Shown piece after piece: positions 42,907 to 53,060 of a stretch of 64,000 nt of DNA (position 1 is the stretch's first letter; each line of letters begins with the position of its first letter). Origin of the DNA: Kiritimatiellia bacterium (lineage in GTDB: Bacteria; Verrucomicrobiota; Kiritimatiellia; PWTM01); the NCBI GenBank assembly GCA_026417735.1, contig JAOACR010000009.1, forward strand, positions 139,641 to 203,640. Direction: 5' to 3'. The position numbers and the translations under genes are program-made. The notes below the pieces were generated by a model. It made no database searches. It was given only the letters and a program-made list of their open reading frames with translations, and had not been told where the DNA came from.

Positions 42907-45126
42907 CTACAGAATCGACACCGCGTCCACATCGAACACGCCCTCCACGCCCGACGGCCACGGATGTTCCCGGATCCATCGTCGGAGCAGCTCGAGAACC
43001 TCCAGCACCTTCGTTGTCCGCATCAGAATCTGATACCGGTACCGGCCGCGGACCTTCGCGATCGGCGCGGGAGCCGGATCGGGCACTACCGCCCGCGCGC
43101 CGAGCTGCGCCCGCAATGAGGCCGCTGCGTCGGCCGCGGCGGCCGCCACCGCCACTTCCGACTCGCCCCGCAACAGCAGCAAAATCACGTGCGCAAACGG
43201 CGGGTAGCCGAGCTCCCGGCGAAAAGCCAGCTCCTGGTCGTAGAACGTTGCCCAGTCGAGGCGCCGGGCGGCCTGTACCGCCGCGTGAAACGGCGTGTAG
43301 GTCTGCACCACGACCTCCCCCGCCACATCGCCCCTCCCCGCCCGCCCGGCGACTTGGATCAGCAACTGGAAGGTTCGCTCGCCCGCGCGGAAATCCGGCA
43401 GATGCAGCGCAAGGTCGGCCTGAACGACGCCGACGAGCGTCACGTTCGGGAAGTCCAGCCCCTTGGCGATCATCTGGGTCCCGATCAGCACGTCGAGCCG
43501 ACCGAGCCGAAACTCACCCAGCACGCGCCGGTAATCGTCCTTGCGCGCCATCGTGTCAGAATCCATCCGCGCGACTCGTGCGCGCGGAAACAGACGCTTC
43601 AGGATTTCTTCGACCCGCTCGGTCCCTACGCCCGCGTGACGGATCGCCGGGTCCCCGCAGTCCTTCGCCGGGCAGCGCTCCGGCACCGGCCCGGCCGCAC
43701 CGCACAGGTGGCATACCAGCTGCGCGCGCACCTTGTGAAACACCATCGCGACGCTGCAGGCTTCACAACGGACCACATGGCCGCAGCGCGGACAGATCAG
43801 GCTCGACGCATAGCCTCGCCGGTTCAGAAACAGAATCGTTTGCTCGCCTTTCGCGAGGCGGTCTTCGATCCGCTCGATCAGTATCTTCGAAAACACCGCG
43901 GCCCGGCCGGTCCGCGCCGACTCCGCGCGCATGTCGACGATGCGGATTGCCGGCATCTGCCGGTGGTCCACCCGGTGTGGCATTTCAACGAGCGCGTACT
44001 TGCCGATCGCGGCGTTCCGCCAGGACTCCAGCGAGGGCGTTGCGGAGCCCAGCACCACCGCGCATCCCTCGAGATGGCCGCGCATGACCGCGACGTCCCG
44101 CGCGTGATACCGGGGCGTTTCGTCCTGCTTGTAGGTCGGCTCGTGCTCCTCGTCCACGACGATCAACCCCAGGTTGCGCACCGGCGCGAACAGCGCAGAA
44201 CGCGCGCCGACGACGATCCGAGCGCGCCCCTCGTAAACGCGATACCACTCATCGAATCGTTCGCCATCGGAGAGATGGCTGTGGAGCACTGCGATGGTGT
44301 CGCCGAAGCGGGCGCGGAATCGCTCCACCGTTTGCGGCGTGAGCGAGATTTCCGGCACCAGCACGATCGCGCCGCGGTCGTTTCGCAGCGCGTGGTCCAT
44401 CGCCTGCAGATACACCTCGGTCTTGCCGCTGCCCGTGACGCCGAACAGCAGCACCACGGGCGGCCGGCGGGTGTCGATCGCGCGCCGGATCGTCTCGAGC
44501 GCGGCGACCTGTTGCGGCATCAGCGGGAGCGGTGCGGTGCGCACGGTGCGGTCCTCGTGCGCCGGCGCGCGGCGGCGGGTAGCGGTCTCCACGCGCACCC
44601 AGCCGGCGGCCGCCAGCGCCCGCACCGCGGCGGCCGCGCCCTGTATTGCGCGCGCCAGGTTCGCGAGCCACTGCTCCCCGTGCGCGCTCCGCAGCGCGCT
44701 TAGCACCGCGAACTGCCGGGGCGCGCGCCGCTGCAGCCGCGCCTCCTGCTCGGGCGGCGGCCAGTGCTCCAGCACCACCCGGCGCCGCGCCAGCTCCCGC
44801 GCTCCACCGTGCCGCACCGGCGCCGGCAAAACGGTGTGAACCGCCGCCTCCAACGGCGCCAGGTAGTAATCGGCCATCCACCGCGCCAGCCGCATCACCG
44901 GTTCGCGGATCAGCGCCTGGCGGCCCGCAATCTGCAGAATGGGCTTCAGATCGGTCCGGTCCGAGTGATCCGTGATCTCGACGATGTAGCCAGGACGGCG
45001 CGAGCGGCCGAACGGCACCACCACCGGCGTGCCCGGCACCGCCAGCGGCGCCAGCTCGTCCGGAATCGTGTAGTCGAACACGCGGTTCAGCGGCAGTCGC
45101 ACCACAACTTTCGCGATCCGCGGCAT
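42907..45126 (-). CDS. priA: primosomal protein N' (replication restart helicase)
   Basis: The ATG at 45126 gives MPRIAKVVVRLPLNRVFDYTIP.... Walker A GVTGSGKTEVY. DEEH box. Cys-rich zinc region CPRCGHVVRCEACS...CHLCG. The upstream 330 codons of the track ORF are antisense to efp/marC. Confidence 0.92.
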   Translation of the reverse strand: MPRIAKVVVRLPLNRVFDYTIPDELAPLAVPGTPVVVPFGRSRRPGYIVEITDHSDRTDLKPILQIAGRQALIREPVMRLARWMADYYLAPLEAAVHTVLPAPVRHGGARELARRRVVLEHWPPPEQEARLQRRAPRQFAVLSALRSAHGEQWLANLARAIQGAAAAVRALAAAGWVRVETATRRRAPAHEDRTVRTAPLPLMPQQVAALETIRRAIDTRRPPVVLLFGVTGSGKTEVYLQAMDHALRNDRGAIVLVPEISLTPQTVERFRARFGDTIAVLHSHLSDGERFDEWYRVYEGRARIVVGARSALFAPVRNLGLIVVDEEHEPTYKQDETPRYHARDVAVMRGHLEGCAVVLGSATPSLESWRNAAIGKYALVEMPHRVDHRQMPAIRIVDMRAESARTGRAAVFSKILIERIEDRLAKGEQTILFLNRRGYASSLICPRCGHVVRCEACSVAMVFHKVRAQLVCHLCGAAGPVPERCPAKDCGDPAIRHAGVGTERVEEILKRLFPRARVARMDSDTMARKDDYRRVLGEFRLGRLDVLIGTQMIAKGLDFPNVTLVGVVQADLALHLPDFRAGERTFQLLIQVAGRAGRGDVAGEVVVQTYTPFHAAVQAARRLDWATFYDQELAFRRELGYPPFAHVILLLLRGESEVAVAAAAADAAASLRAQLGARAVVPDPAPAPIAKVRGRYRYQILMRTTKVLEVLELLRRWIREHPWPSGVEGVFDVDAVSIL

Positions 45127-45270
45127 GGGGCCATCATAGGCGCGCGCCTCCCCGAAGTGAATCGGCCGCCCCCCCCGGTCGGCGCGCTTGATCCCGACGC
45201 CGCTCACCGGCATACTGCAGCGCCGGTTCGCGCGGCGGCCGCGGTGCGCCGCCCGGCGGAGAGATCTCAG

Positions 45271-45840
45271 ATGTACACGGCGTCCGATCTGCGTAAAGGC
45301 CTCAAAATCGAGCTCGACGGCGTGCCGTACGAGGTCGTCGAGTTCAACTTTGTGAAGCCCGGCAAGGGCCAGGCGATGTACAAGTGTCGCATCAAAAACC
45401 TGATCACCCGGACCACCCAAGACCGCACCTTCCGCGAGGTGGACCAGATCGGCAAGCCGGACCTCGAGGAACGGGTGGTACAGTACTCGTACGAGGACGG
45501 GCACCACTACGTCTTCACCGACCCGCGCACTTACGAGGAGTTCCACCTGAGCGCGGACACCCTGGGTGACGCGCGCTACTTTTTGAGCGACAATGTCGAG
45601 GTGAGCCTGCTGCTGCACAACGGCCGGGTGATCGGCGTTGAGTTCGTGAAGCCGTTTGTGGAAAAAGAAATCGTGGAGACCGAGCCCGGTGTGCGCGGCG
45701 ACACCGCGACGAACGTGACAAAGCCGGCGAAGATCGACACCGGCTATGAGCTGCGCGTGCCGCTGTTCATTGATGTGGGCGACTGGGTCCGCATCGACAC
45801 GCGCACCGGCGAGTACGTCGAACGCGTGAGTCGGCGCTAA
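45271..45840 (+). CDS. efp: elongation factor P
   Basis: MYTASDLRKGLKIELDGVPYEVVEFNFVKPGKGQAMYKCRIKNL..., with the conserved KPGKG loop lysine. Confidence 0.95.
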   Translation: MYTASDLRKGLKIELDGVPYEVVEFNFVKPGKGQAMYKCRIKNLITRTTQDRTFREVDQIGKPDLEERVVQYSYEDGHHYVFTDPRTYEEFHLSADTLGDARYFLSDNVEVSLLLHNGRVIGVEFVKPFVEKEIVETEPGVRGDTATNVTKPAKIDTGYELRVPLFIDVGDWVRIDTRTGEYVERVSRR

Positions 45841-45856
45841 CGGCTGCCGCCGCGCA

Positions 45857-46459
45857 ATGACCGGCGCCGCCCACGGTTTCTGGCTCTGCTTTGTGCCTCT
45901 CTTCGCGGCGCTGAACCCGATCTCCGTGGTCCCGCTGTTCGCCGGCATGGTGGAGGGGCTGTCCGAGGAACGACGCCGGCGGATCGTTGTGCAGTCGCTG
46001 GCCACCGCCTCGGCGGTGTCGCTGGCATTTCTGTTCGGGGGCAAGGCGTTGTTCCGGTTGCTCGGCGTCACCGTCGCGGACTTCATGGTCGCAGGCGGGC
46101 TGCTGCTCTTCCTCATATCGTTGCGCGATCTGACCCAGCGCGAGACTCATCCCTCCGCCCGCGGTGACGAGGCGCTCGGCGCGGTGCCGATCGGAGTACC
46201 GCTCATCGTCGGCCCCGCGACGCTCACGACGCTGCTCCTGCTGAACGACCAGCACGGCCCCGTGGCGACCATTGCCGCGTTGCTGGTGAACCTCGCACTG
46301 GTCGGGCTCATCCTGCACTCGGCGGCGCGGATTCAGCGATGGCTAGGTAAGGCCGGCACACGCGCGCTCGCGAAGGTGTCCGCGCTGCTGCTGGCCGCAA
46401 TTGCGGTGAAGATCGCGCGCCGCGGCCTTCAGCAAATACTGGCCGCGCCAGACCTTTGA
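45857..46459 (+). CDS. MarC-family (UPF0056) integral membrane protein
   Basis: Six hydrophobic segments. NPISVVPLFAGM and GPATLTTLLLL motifs typical of MarC/UPF0056. Confidence 0.75.
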   Translation: MTGAAHGFWLCFVPLFAALNPISVVPLFAGMVEGLSEERRRRIVVQSLATASAVSLAFLFGGKALFRLLGVTVADFMVAGGLLLFLISLRDLTQRETHPSARGDEALGAVPIGVPLIVGPATLTTLLLLNDQHGPVATIAALLVNLALVGLILHSAARIQRWLGKAGTRALAKVSALLLAAIAVKIARRGLQQILAAPDL

Positions 46460-46466
46460 GGCCCGC

Positions 46467-47402
46467 ATGACTGCACCGCCCGCCGACCATCCGCTCGCGG
46501 TGCGTCATCGCGTGCTGCGCGCGTTGCGAACTTTTTTTGATGCGCGCGGCTTCACTGAGGTCCAGACGCCCGTCCGTATCCTGGCGCCGGCGCTGGAGCC
46601 GCACATCTACGCGGTCCCCTCCGGCGCCGCATGGCTGCGAACCTCACCGGAACTGCACATGAAACGCCTGCTGGCCGCCGGCTGGCCGGCGATCTACCAG
46701 ATCGGCCCGTGCTTCCGCGCGGGCGAACGGGGAACACTGCATCACCCCGAATTTACGATGCTGGAATGGTACCGAGCGGAGGCAGACGCGGAACGAATCC
46801 TCGCCGACGTCGGCGAGCTGCTGCCGCTCCTTGCCGGTCTGGCGACGCCCGCCGCGCGCCACCGCCGTCCCGACGCGATCGCCGCGCTTGACAAACCGGT
46901 CCGCCGCATCACGGTCGCGGAGGCCTTCCGGCAAACCGCCGGATGGGACCCGCTCCACGAAACGGACATGGACCGCTTCGACCGTGACTTGGTGGACCGC
47001 GTCGAGCCGTCGCTGCCACGCGACGCGCCGGTGGTACTGACCGGCTACCCCCCCGCCGCCGCCGGTTTCGCCAGGGTTCGGCCCGGCCCGCCCGCCGTCG
47101 CGGAGCGTTGGGAACTGTACGTGGGCGGGATCGAGCTGGTGAACGCGGCGACCGAGCTGACCGACCCGGTGGAGTACCGACGGCGGTATGACGTCCGGGC
47201 CGCGCTGCGTGCCGCCCGTGGTGAATCGGTCTATCCGCCGGACGAGGCATTCCTCGCCGCGGCCGGCGCGCTGCCACCCTGCGCGGGCGCGGCGATGGGC
47301 GTGGACCGGCTCGTGATGCTGCTGGCCGGCTGCGAAACGGTTTGGGAGACGCTGGCCACGCCCGAGGAAATTCGGGATCCGCCGTCCCTCCGCTGGGAGT
47401 GA
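46467..47402 (+). CDS. epmA: EF-P--(R)-beta-lysine ligase (class II LysRS paralog, GenX/PoxA)
   Basis: FFDARGFTEVQTPV, FRAGERGTLHHPEFTMLEWY and GAAMGVDRLVML class II aaRS core motifs with no anticodon-binding domain. About 311 aa. Confidence 0.85.
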   Translation: MTAPPADHPLAVRHRVLRALRTFFDARGFTEVQTPVRILAPALEPHIYAVPSGAAWLRTSPELHMKRLLAAGWPAIYQIGPCFRAGERGTLHHPEFTMLEWYRAEADAERILADVGELLPLLAGLATPAARHRRPDAIAALDKPVRRITVAEAFRQTAGWDPLHETDMDRFDRDLVDRVEPSLPRDAPVVLTGYPPAAAGFARVRPGPPAVAERWELYVGGIELVNAATELTDPVEYRRRYDVRAALRAARGESVYPPDEAFLAAAGALPPCAGAAMGVDRLVMLLAGCETVWETLATPEEIRDPPSLRWE

Positions 47403-47428
47403 GGGACGCTAGCGGGTCCAGACCGATC

Positions 47429-47451
47429 GGCCATGCTTGGAAATCATGGCC
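47429..47451 (+). terminator. hairpin after epmA (possible terminator)
   Basis: GGCCATG-cttggaaat-CATGGCC, a 7-bp perfect stem 27 nt after the epmA stop. No U-tail. Confidence 0.3.
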
Positions 47452-47471
47452 GCCAGCGCTAGATTGGGGAC

Positions 47472-48158
47472 GTGAAAGCAGCACTGCCTCCCTCGCCGAA
47501 GTTCGGATTCACGCTCGTCGAGCTGCTGGTGGTCAGCAGCATCATCGTGATCCTCGCCGCGCTGACAGTGCCGCTGGTCGGCCGCGGCCTGGCCAGTGCC
47601 CACCGAATGCGTTGCTCGTCCAATCTCAGCCAGCTGGTGCGCGGGGTGTTCCTCTACGCGGATCACAATCCCCGAAATCCGCGGCAGTTCTTCCCGCCGT
47701 TTCCGACCGTCGCCCAGGACAGTGACTGGGTGCGGGCGCTGACAAATTTTGTCGCGGACGCCAGCATGGGCGAGGTACTCACCTGCCCTGGGCGGAAACT
47801 GAATCGGGCATCGCTGTGCTACTCCGGCCATCCTCGCCTGCTCGGCACCAGCCGAGGGTATCGCGCCAGCGACGTTCCACGCACCTCATCGGTGCTGCTG
47901 ATCGGTGAAGGGCCTCAGGGCAGCGGCGGCGCGGACGCACCAAAACTCTACACCGCCTTCGATGCCGCCGCGGGCTCCGCAGAATCACAGGCCGAAACCC
48001 CGCTGCCGGCGCCCGGCGCCGACGGCGCCGGCGGCACGGTGGCCTGGCGGCACCGCGCGGAGGGACAGGCGGCCGCGAATTTCGCGTTCGTCGACACCCA
48101 CGTCGAAACGATCCCCACCAACACGTTGCGCTACAAGCACGTCGCAATCGGCTACTGA
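47472..48158 (+). CDS. prepilin-type N-terminal cleavage/methylation domain protein (DUF1559 / H-X9-DG-like)
   Basis: GTG start. PKFGFTLVELLVVSSIIVILAAL type IV pilin-like leader. C-terminal NFAFVDTHVETI resembles the H-X9-DG tail common in PVC bacteria. Confidence 0.8.
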   Translation: MKAALPPSPKFGFTLVELLVVSSIIVILAALTVPLVGRGLASAHRMRCSSNLSQLVRGVFLYADHNPRNPRQFFPPFPTVAQDSDWVRALTNFVADASMGEVLTCPGRKLNRASLCYSGHPRLLGTSRGYRASDVPRTSSVLLIGEGPQGSGGADAPKLYTAFDAAAGSAESQAETPLPAPGADGAGGTVAWRHRAEGQAAANFAFVDTHVETIPTNTLRYKHVAIGY

Positions 48159-48169
48159 CCGCGACCGCC

Positions 48170-51100
48170 TCAGACGGTGACGCCGCCGCCGAGCCCGCGC
48201 AGCCACCGGCGGACATCCTCGATGGCCAGCACAAGGCACGGCAACACCAGCAGCGAGACCGCCGTGGAGAACAAAATCCCGAAGCCCAGTGACAGCGCCA
48301 TCGGAATCATGAAGCGGGCCTGCAGCGATCGCTCGACGATCAGCGGCGCGAGCCCGAAGAACGTCGTCAGTGAGGTCAGCAACACCGGCCGCAACCGGCG
48401 GACCGGCGCCAACCGCATGGCCTCCTCCAAGGGGGCGCCCTCCGCGATGAAGCGGTTGGCGGCATCGCAGAGCAGAATCCCGTCGTTGATCACCACCCCC
48501 GACAGCGCCATCATCCCCATCACGCTAACGAAACTCAGCTGGTACCCCATCAGCAGGTGGCCGACAATCGCGCCGAGCAGCCCGAAGGGTATCGAGCACA
48601 TGATCACCACCGCCTGCCGGTAGCTGCGGAACGGCACCGCGAGCATGCCGAACAGCGCCAGCAGCACGATCGCAAAGCCCGGCAGCGCCGCGCCGAACGC
48701 CTCGCGCTGCTCCCGCTGTTCACCCTCGAACGAATACAGTAGCGTCGGGTGTTCCCGCTGAAGCTGCGCAAGCACGCCCTCTCGCAGCACCCGGAGCACC
48801 TGCTCGGCGTCGGTGACGTCGGTCAGAATGTCCGCGGTGACGTGCATCACGCGTCGCCCGTCCAGCCGCAGAATCCGCTCGTACGCACGCGAACGGGTGA
48901 CGGTGGCCGCCTCGCCCAGCGGAATTTCCGCGCCGGAGGGGGTGCGCAACATCAACGTTTCGATGGAGTGTTCACGGCGCCGCTCCTCCAGCGGCAGCCG
49001 AACATAGATGCGCAGCTCGTCGCGGCCGCGGGGTTGCCGCCGGGCCTCCGCGCCAAAAAAGGCGTGCCGCACCTGTCGCGCGAGCTCCGCCGCCGTGAGG
49101 CCGGCCGCGCGGCCGGCCGCCGTCAGCCGCAAATCCAGCTGCGGTTTGCCGCGTTCAATGCCGTCGTCAATCTCGACCACGCCGCGCAGCCGTCCGAGCT
49201 CCGCCGCAACGCGCCGGCACGCCTCCTCGATCACCTCCGGCTCCGAATGGCTGATCGCCACGTCCACCGGCCGGCTCTGCGCAGGCCCCAGCGTGAACCG
49301 AAACGTGAGCGACTCAACACCCGGCACCTCGCCGACCCGCCGTCGCCATCCCTCGGTGAACGCCTGCGCGCCGAACGGCCGCTCGTCGCCCGGCACCAGC
49401 GCAACGGTCACCGTCGCCTCGTGCCCCACCGACCCGCGCTGCGCCGGTATCGCCCCGCCGCGGCTTTCTCCACTGCCGCCAATCGCGGTGAGAATGCCCC
49501 GCAAGTACCGTGAACCGCCGCGCGCCTCGATTTCCTCCCGCGCCGCCGTCAACAGCCGGTCCGCGACCGCCCGCGTCGCCTCCACTGGCGACCCGTACGG
49601 CAGGACCACCCGCGCACTGACTATGTCGCCCTCCACCTTCGGGAAGAAGATGAACGGCATCCGTCCGCCGCCGACCCATCCGATCCCCAGCAGCAGCGCG
49701 GCGAGACTCACCGACAACACCAGATACCGGTGTCGCAAACAGCCAGCCACCAGCGCGGAAAAGCTCGTTTCCGCGAACCGTTCCAGCCGTCGTCCCACTT
49801 GCTCCTGCGGCCACTCAATCCAGCGCCAGATCCGCCCCCGACCCCCCGGCCGGCTGTGCGCCAGGTGCGCCGGCAGAATGAACAGCGACTCCGCCAACGA
49901 CACCAGAAACACCACCGTGACGATCACCGGGATGTTCCGCCACAGCTGGCCAAGATACCCGGGGATCATCCACAACGGCAGAAACGCGATGATGTTGGTC
50001 AGCACCGAAAACACCACCGGCGCCGCGACCAGCTTCGTGCCCTCGATCGCCGCCTCCAGCGGCGGACGGCCGCGCGAACGCTCGTAGTAGACCGACTCGC
50101 CGATCACCGTCGCGTCGTCGACGACGATTCCCAGCGTCATGATGAACGCGAAGAGCGAAATCATGTTGATCGAGATGTCCGTCGCCGGCAGCAACAGCAG
50201 GCAGCCCAGTAACGAGGTCGGAATGCCGAGCATCACCCAGAACGCCAGGCGCACCTCCAGAAAGAGACCGAGAGTCACCATCACCAGCACCAGCCCCTGC
50301 AGACCGTTTTGCAACAGCAGCCGGGTGCGGTCGCGGTACAGCTCGGACCGGTCGTTCCAGATCGCAACGCCGATGGTGGGCGGCAGCCGCTTCCGAAGTC
50401 CCTCGACGAATCGATAGACCGCCTTCGCCACCTCGGTGGGACTTTCGCGTCCGACGCTGTACACCGTCAGCCGAGCGGCGGGATGGCCATTGAACAGAAA
50501 CGATTCATCGGTTTCGGCGAACCCGTCGCGCACCTCCGCGATCTCCCCCAGCCGCACCGTGGAGCCGTCCGGCCGGCTGATCACGGGCACATCCAGAAGT
50601 TCCCGCCCCCAGTCTCGCCGCTCATTGGTCCGGAGCAGAATCTCGCCGGTGGGAGTCTTCACGCCCCCCCCACCGATCTCCACCACCGCCCGACTGATTT
50701 CGTCCGCAATCCGGCCCGGCGTCAGCCCCAACGCCCGCAGCCGGCTCTCCGGCACCTCGACGCTGATTTCCACCGGCCGGATCCCCGTCAGCGTCACCTG
50801 GGTGATGCCCGGGGTCGCTTCGATCTCCTCCTGCACTCGCCGAGCGACATCGCGCAGCACCGTCTCGTCCACGTCGCCATAGAGCAGAATCGAGATCACC
50901 TCACGACGGTTGATCAGCAAACTGACCACCGGCCGCTCCGCGTCCTCCGGAAACGTGACGATCCGGTCCACCGCGCTTTTCACGTCCGCGAGCACGCGGT
51001 CCGGGTTCGCGCCCAGCAGGATTTCCGCATCCACCGTGCCCACACCCTCCGCCGCAGTCGAGGTGACACGCCGAATGCCGTCCAGCCCGCGGATCGCCTG

Positions 51101-51334
51101 TTCCACCGCCAGCACGATCCCCTGCTCCACCTCCGCCGGCGACGCGCCGGGGTAGACCACCGAGACCCGGACCGTATCCAGCTCGATGAGCGGGAAGACC
51201 TCCTTGCGGATGCGGGGAAACATCAGCAGTCCCCCCACCATGAACAGCAACATCAGCAGGTTCGCGGCGACGGGGTTTCGCGCCATCCACGCGATCGCTC
51301 CCCGCGCAGAAGCCTCGCCAACCGGTTCGTTCAT
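48170..51334 (-). CDS. efflux RND transporter permease subunit (AcrB/CzcA superfamily)
   Basis: About 1054 aa. 12-TM architecture with two large periplasmic loops. N-terminus GAIAWMARNPVAANLLMLLFMVGG. Conserved TM4-like GIVVDDATVIGE. ATG at 51334. Confidence 0.9.
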   Translation of the reverse strand: MNEPVGEASARGAIAWMARNPVAANLLMLLFMVGGLLMFPRIRKEVFPLIELDTVRVSVVYPGASPAEVEQGIVLAVEQAIRGLDGIRRVTSTAAEGVGTVDAEILLGANPDRVLADVKSAVDRIVTFPEDAERPVVSLLINRREVISILLYGDVDETVLRDVARRVQEEIEATPGITQVTLTGIRPVEISVEVPESRLRALGLTPGRIADEISRAVVEIGGGGVKTPTGEILLRTNERRDWGRELLDVPVISRPDGSTVRLGEIAEVRDGFAETDESFLFNGHPAARLTVYSVGRESPTEVAKAVYRFVEGLRKRLPPTIGVAIWNDRSELYRDRTRLLLQNGLQGLVLVMVTLGLFLEVRLAFWVMLGIPTSLLGCLLLLPATDISINMISLFAFIMTLGIVVDDATVIGESVYYERSRGRPPLEAAIEGTKLVAAPVVFSVLTNIIAFLPLWMIPGYLGQLWRNIPVIVTVVFLVSLAESLFILPAHLAHSRPGGRGRIWRWIEWPQEQVGRRLERFAETSFSALVAGCLRHRYLVLSVSLAALLLGIGWVGGGRMPFIFFPKVEGDIVSARVVLPYGSPVEATRAVADRLLTAAREEIEARGGSRYLRGILTAIGGSGESRGGAIPAQRGSVGHEATVTVALVPGDERPFGAQAFTEGWRRRVGEVPGVESLTFRFTLGPAQSRPVDVAISHSEPEVIEEACRRVAAELGRLRGVVEIDDGIERGKPQLDLRLTAAGRAAGLTAAELARQVRHAFFGAEARRQPRGRDELRIYVRLPLEERRREHSIETLMLRTPSGAEIPLGEAATVTRSRAYERILRLDGRRVMHVTADILTDVTDAEQVLRVLREGVLAQLQREHPTLLYSFEGEQREQREAFGAALPGFAIVLLALFGMLAVPFRSYRQAVVIMCSIPFGLLGAIVGHLLMGYQLSFVSVMGMMALSGVVINDGILLCDAANRFIAEGAPLEEAMRLAPVRRLRPVLLTSLTTFFGLAPLIVERSLQARFMIPMALSLGFGILFSTAVSLLVLPCLVLAIEDVRRWLRGLGGGVTV

Positions 51335-51419
51335 CTGCGGCCGCGCGGGGCGGCGGACACTGGCAGGCGGTGTGTGATCACCTGGTTCGATCACCGGCGG
51401 CGGTCACTGCGCGCGGCAG

Positions 51420-51495
51420 TGGAGCCAACGGTCGGATTCGAACCGACGACCGGCGCATTACGAATGCGCTGCTCTGCCAGCTGAGCTACGTTGGC
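51420..51495 (-). tRNA. tRNA-Thr (anticodon CGT), CCA encoded
   Basis: The reverse complement folds as acceptor GCCAACG/CGTTGGC, D stem GCTC/GAGC, anticodon stem GCGCA/TGCGC with loop TTCGTAA, T arm GTCGG-TTCGAAT-CCGAC, then T-CCA. Confidence 0.95.
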
Positions 51496-51608
51496 GGGCC
51501 GCAGCTTGCACATCGTAGACCCCGCTCGTTCAAAGTCAAGAATTCAAGGTCCGACTCTCGTAGCTCGCCGCACACCGGTCAACAGCGGCGCGCGCTGATG
51601 GACAGCCC

Positions 51609-53060
51609 ATGGGTCGTATGGGTACAACGGTGTGGAGCCCGGGCAATCCCGGCCGCCTCCGCCGCATGAACGTGGACAACACGATCACGCCCCAGACGCT
51701 CCGGCCCCGGTGGGTGCGGTTCTGGGAGCGCTCCGCCCAGACGCTCCGTGCCCTTTCCGCCCGCTGGCGACCGGAGGACGGCGCGCCGGTGTTCACCGTC
51801 CGAGGCCGGTACACCACCCGCGGCTGGACGGACTGGACCCGCGGTTTTCAGCATGGCTCCGCGCTGATCCAATTCGACGCGACGGGCGAGCGCGAGTTTC
51901 TCGAACTGGGGCGCGCCGGCACCTGGCGGGACATGCCGCCGCATGTCGTGCACTTCGGCGTGCACGATCACGGCTTCAACTGCGTCAGCACGTACGGTCA
52001 CCTCTGGAGGCTGATGAACGCCGGTCGGATTCCGGAGGACCCCGCGGAGCGGCGCCACCTCGAGCTGGCGCTGAAGGTCTCCGGCTGTGTGCAGGCCCGC
52101 CGATGGACCGAGCTGGGCAACGGCGAAGGCTTCGTGTATTCGTTCAACGGTCCGCATTCGCTCTTCGCCGACACGATTCGCTCGATGCGTTCGCTCGCCC
52201 TCGCACATCGGCTGGGCGCGGACCTGATCGGCGAACAGGACCTGCACACGTCGCTGCTGCTGCGACTGGCCGCTCACCTGCGTGCCACCGCTCGCTATGC
52301 GGTCTTCTACGGCGAGGGGCGCGATATTTACGACACCGAACCTGGTCGCGTCGCGCACGAGAGCCTGTTCAACCCGCTGAACGGTTCCTACCGCTGCCCG
52401 GCCACCCAGCAGGGCTATTCGCCCTTCAGCACCTGGACGCGCGGTCTGGCGTGGGTGCTGCTCGGCTTCGCGGAACAGCTCGAATTTCTCAACTCCCTAT
52501 CGGCAGCCGATCGCGAGGCGATCGGCGCGACGGACCTCGCCGCTCGGTGTCTGCGCGCCGCCCGCGCAACCGCCGACTTCTACCTGCGCAACACCTCAGC
52601 GGACGGCATTCCCCCGTGGGACACCGGTGCGCCGCGGCTGGCGGAGCTGGGCGACTGGCGCGCACGGCCCGCGGACCCCTACAACGACCTGGAGCCGTTC
52701 GACAGCTCTGCGGCAGCGATCGCGGCGCAGGGGCTGCTGCGCCTGGCCCGGTGGCTGCGCCGTGCGGGCGAGTATGCGCCCGCACAACGCTACGAGGCCG
52801 CCGCCTGGACGGTGCTGCGCACGCTGCTCTCCCCGCCATGGCTGTCCGACGCTCCGGACCACGAAGGGCTGCTACTGCACGCGGTCTACCACCGCCCAAA
52901 CGGCTGGGACTGGATTCCTCCCGGCCGCCACATTCCCTGCGGCGAGGCCTGCCTCTGGGGTGACTACCACCTGCGGGAGGTGGTGCTGCTCGCGCAGCAC
53001 GTCGCGGACGGCCGACCTGCCTGGACGTTCTTCGGCGCGGAGGAGGCGCACGAATCATGA
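51609..53060 (+). CDS. GH88-like unsaturated glucuronyl hydrolase family protein
   Basis: WTDWTRGFQHGSALIQFDATGE and VHDHGFNCVSTYGHLW resemble the WTxGFW / HDxGF motifs of GH88 (alpha/alpha)6 hydrolases. The start is uncertain (51609 or the downstream ATG of MNVDNTI). Confidence 0.65.
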   Translation: MGRMGTTVWSPGNPGRLRRMNVDNTITPQTLRPRWVRFWERSAQTLRALSARWRPEDGAPVFTVRGRYTTRGWTDWTRGFQHGSALIQFDATGEREFLELGRAGTWRDMPPHVVHFGVHDHGFNCVSTYGHLWRLMNAGRIPEDPAERRHLELALKVSGCVQARRWTELGNGEGFVYSFNGPHSLFADTIRSMRSLALAHRLGADLIGEQDLHTSLLLRLAAHLRATARYAVFYGEGRDIYDTEPGRVAHESLFNPLNGSYRCPATQQGYSPFSTWTRGLAWVLLGFAEQLEFLNSLSAADREAIGATDLAARCLRAARATADFYLRNTSADGIPPWDTGAPRLAELGDWRARPADPYNDLEPFDSSAAAIAAQGLLRLARWLRRAGEYAPAQRYEAAAWTVLRTLLSPPWLSDAPDHEGLLLHAVYHRPNGWDWIPPGRHIPCGEACLWGDYHLREVVLLAQHVADGRPAWTFFGAEEAHES

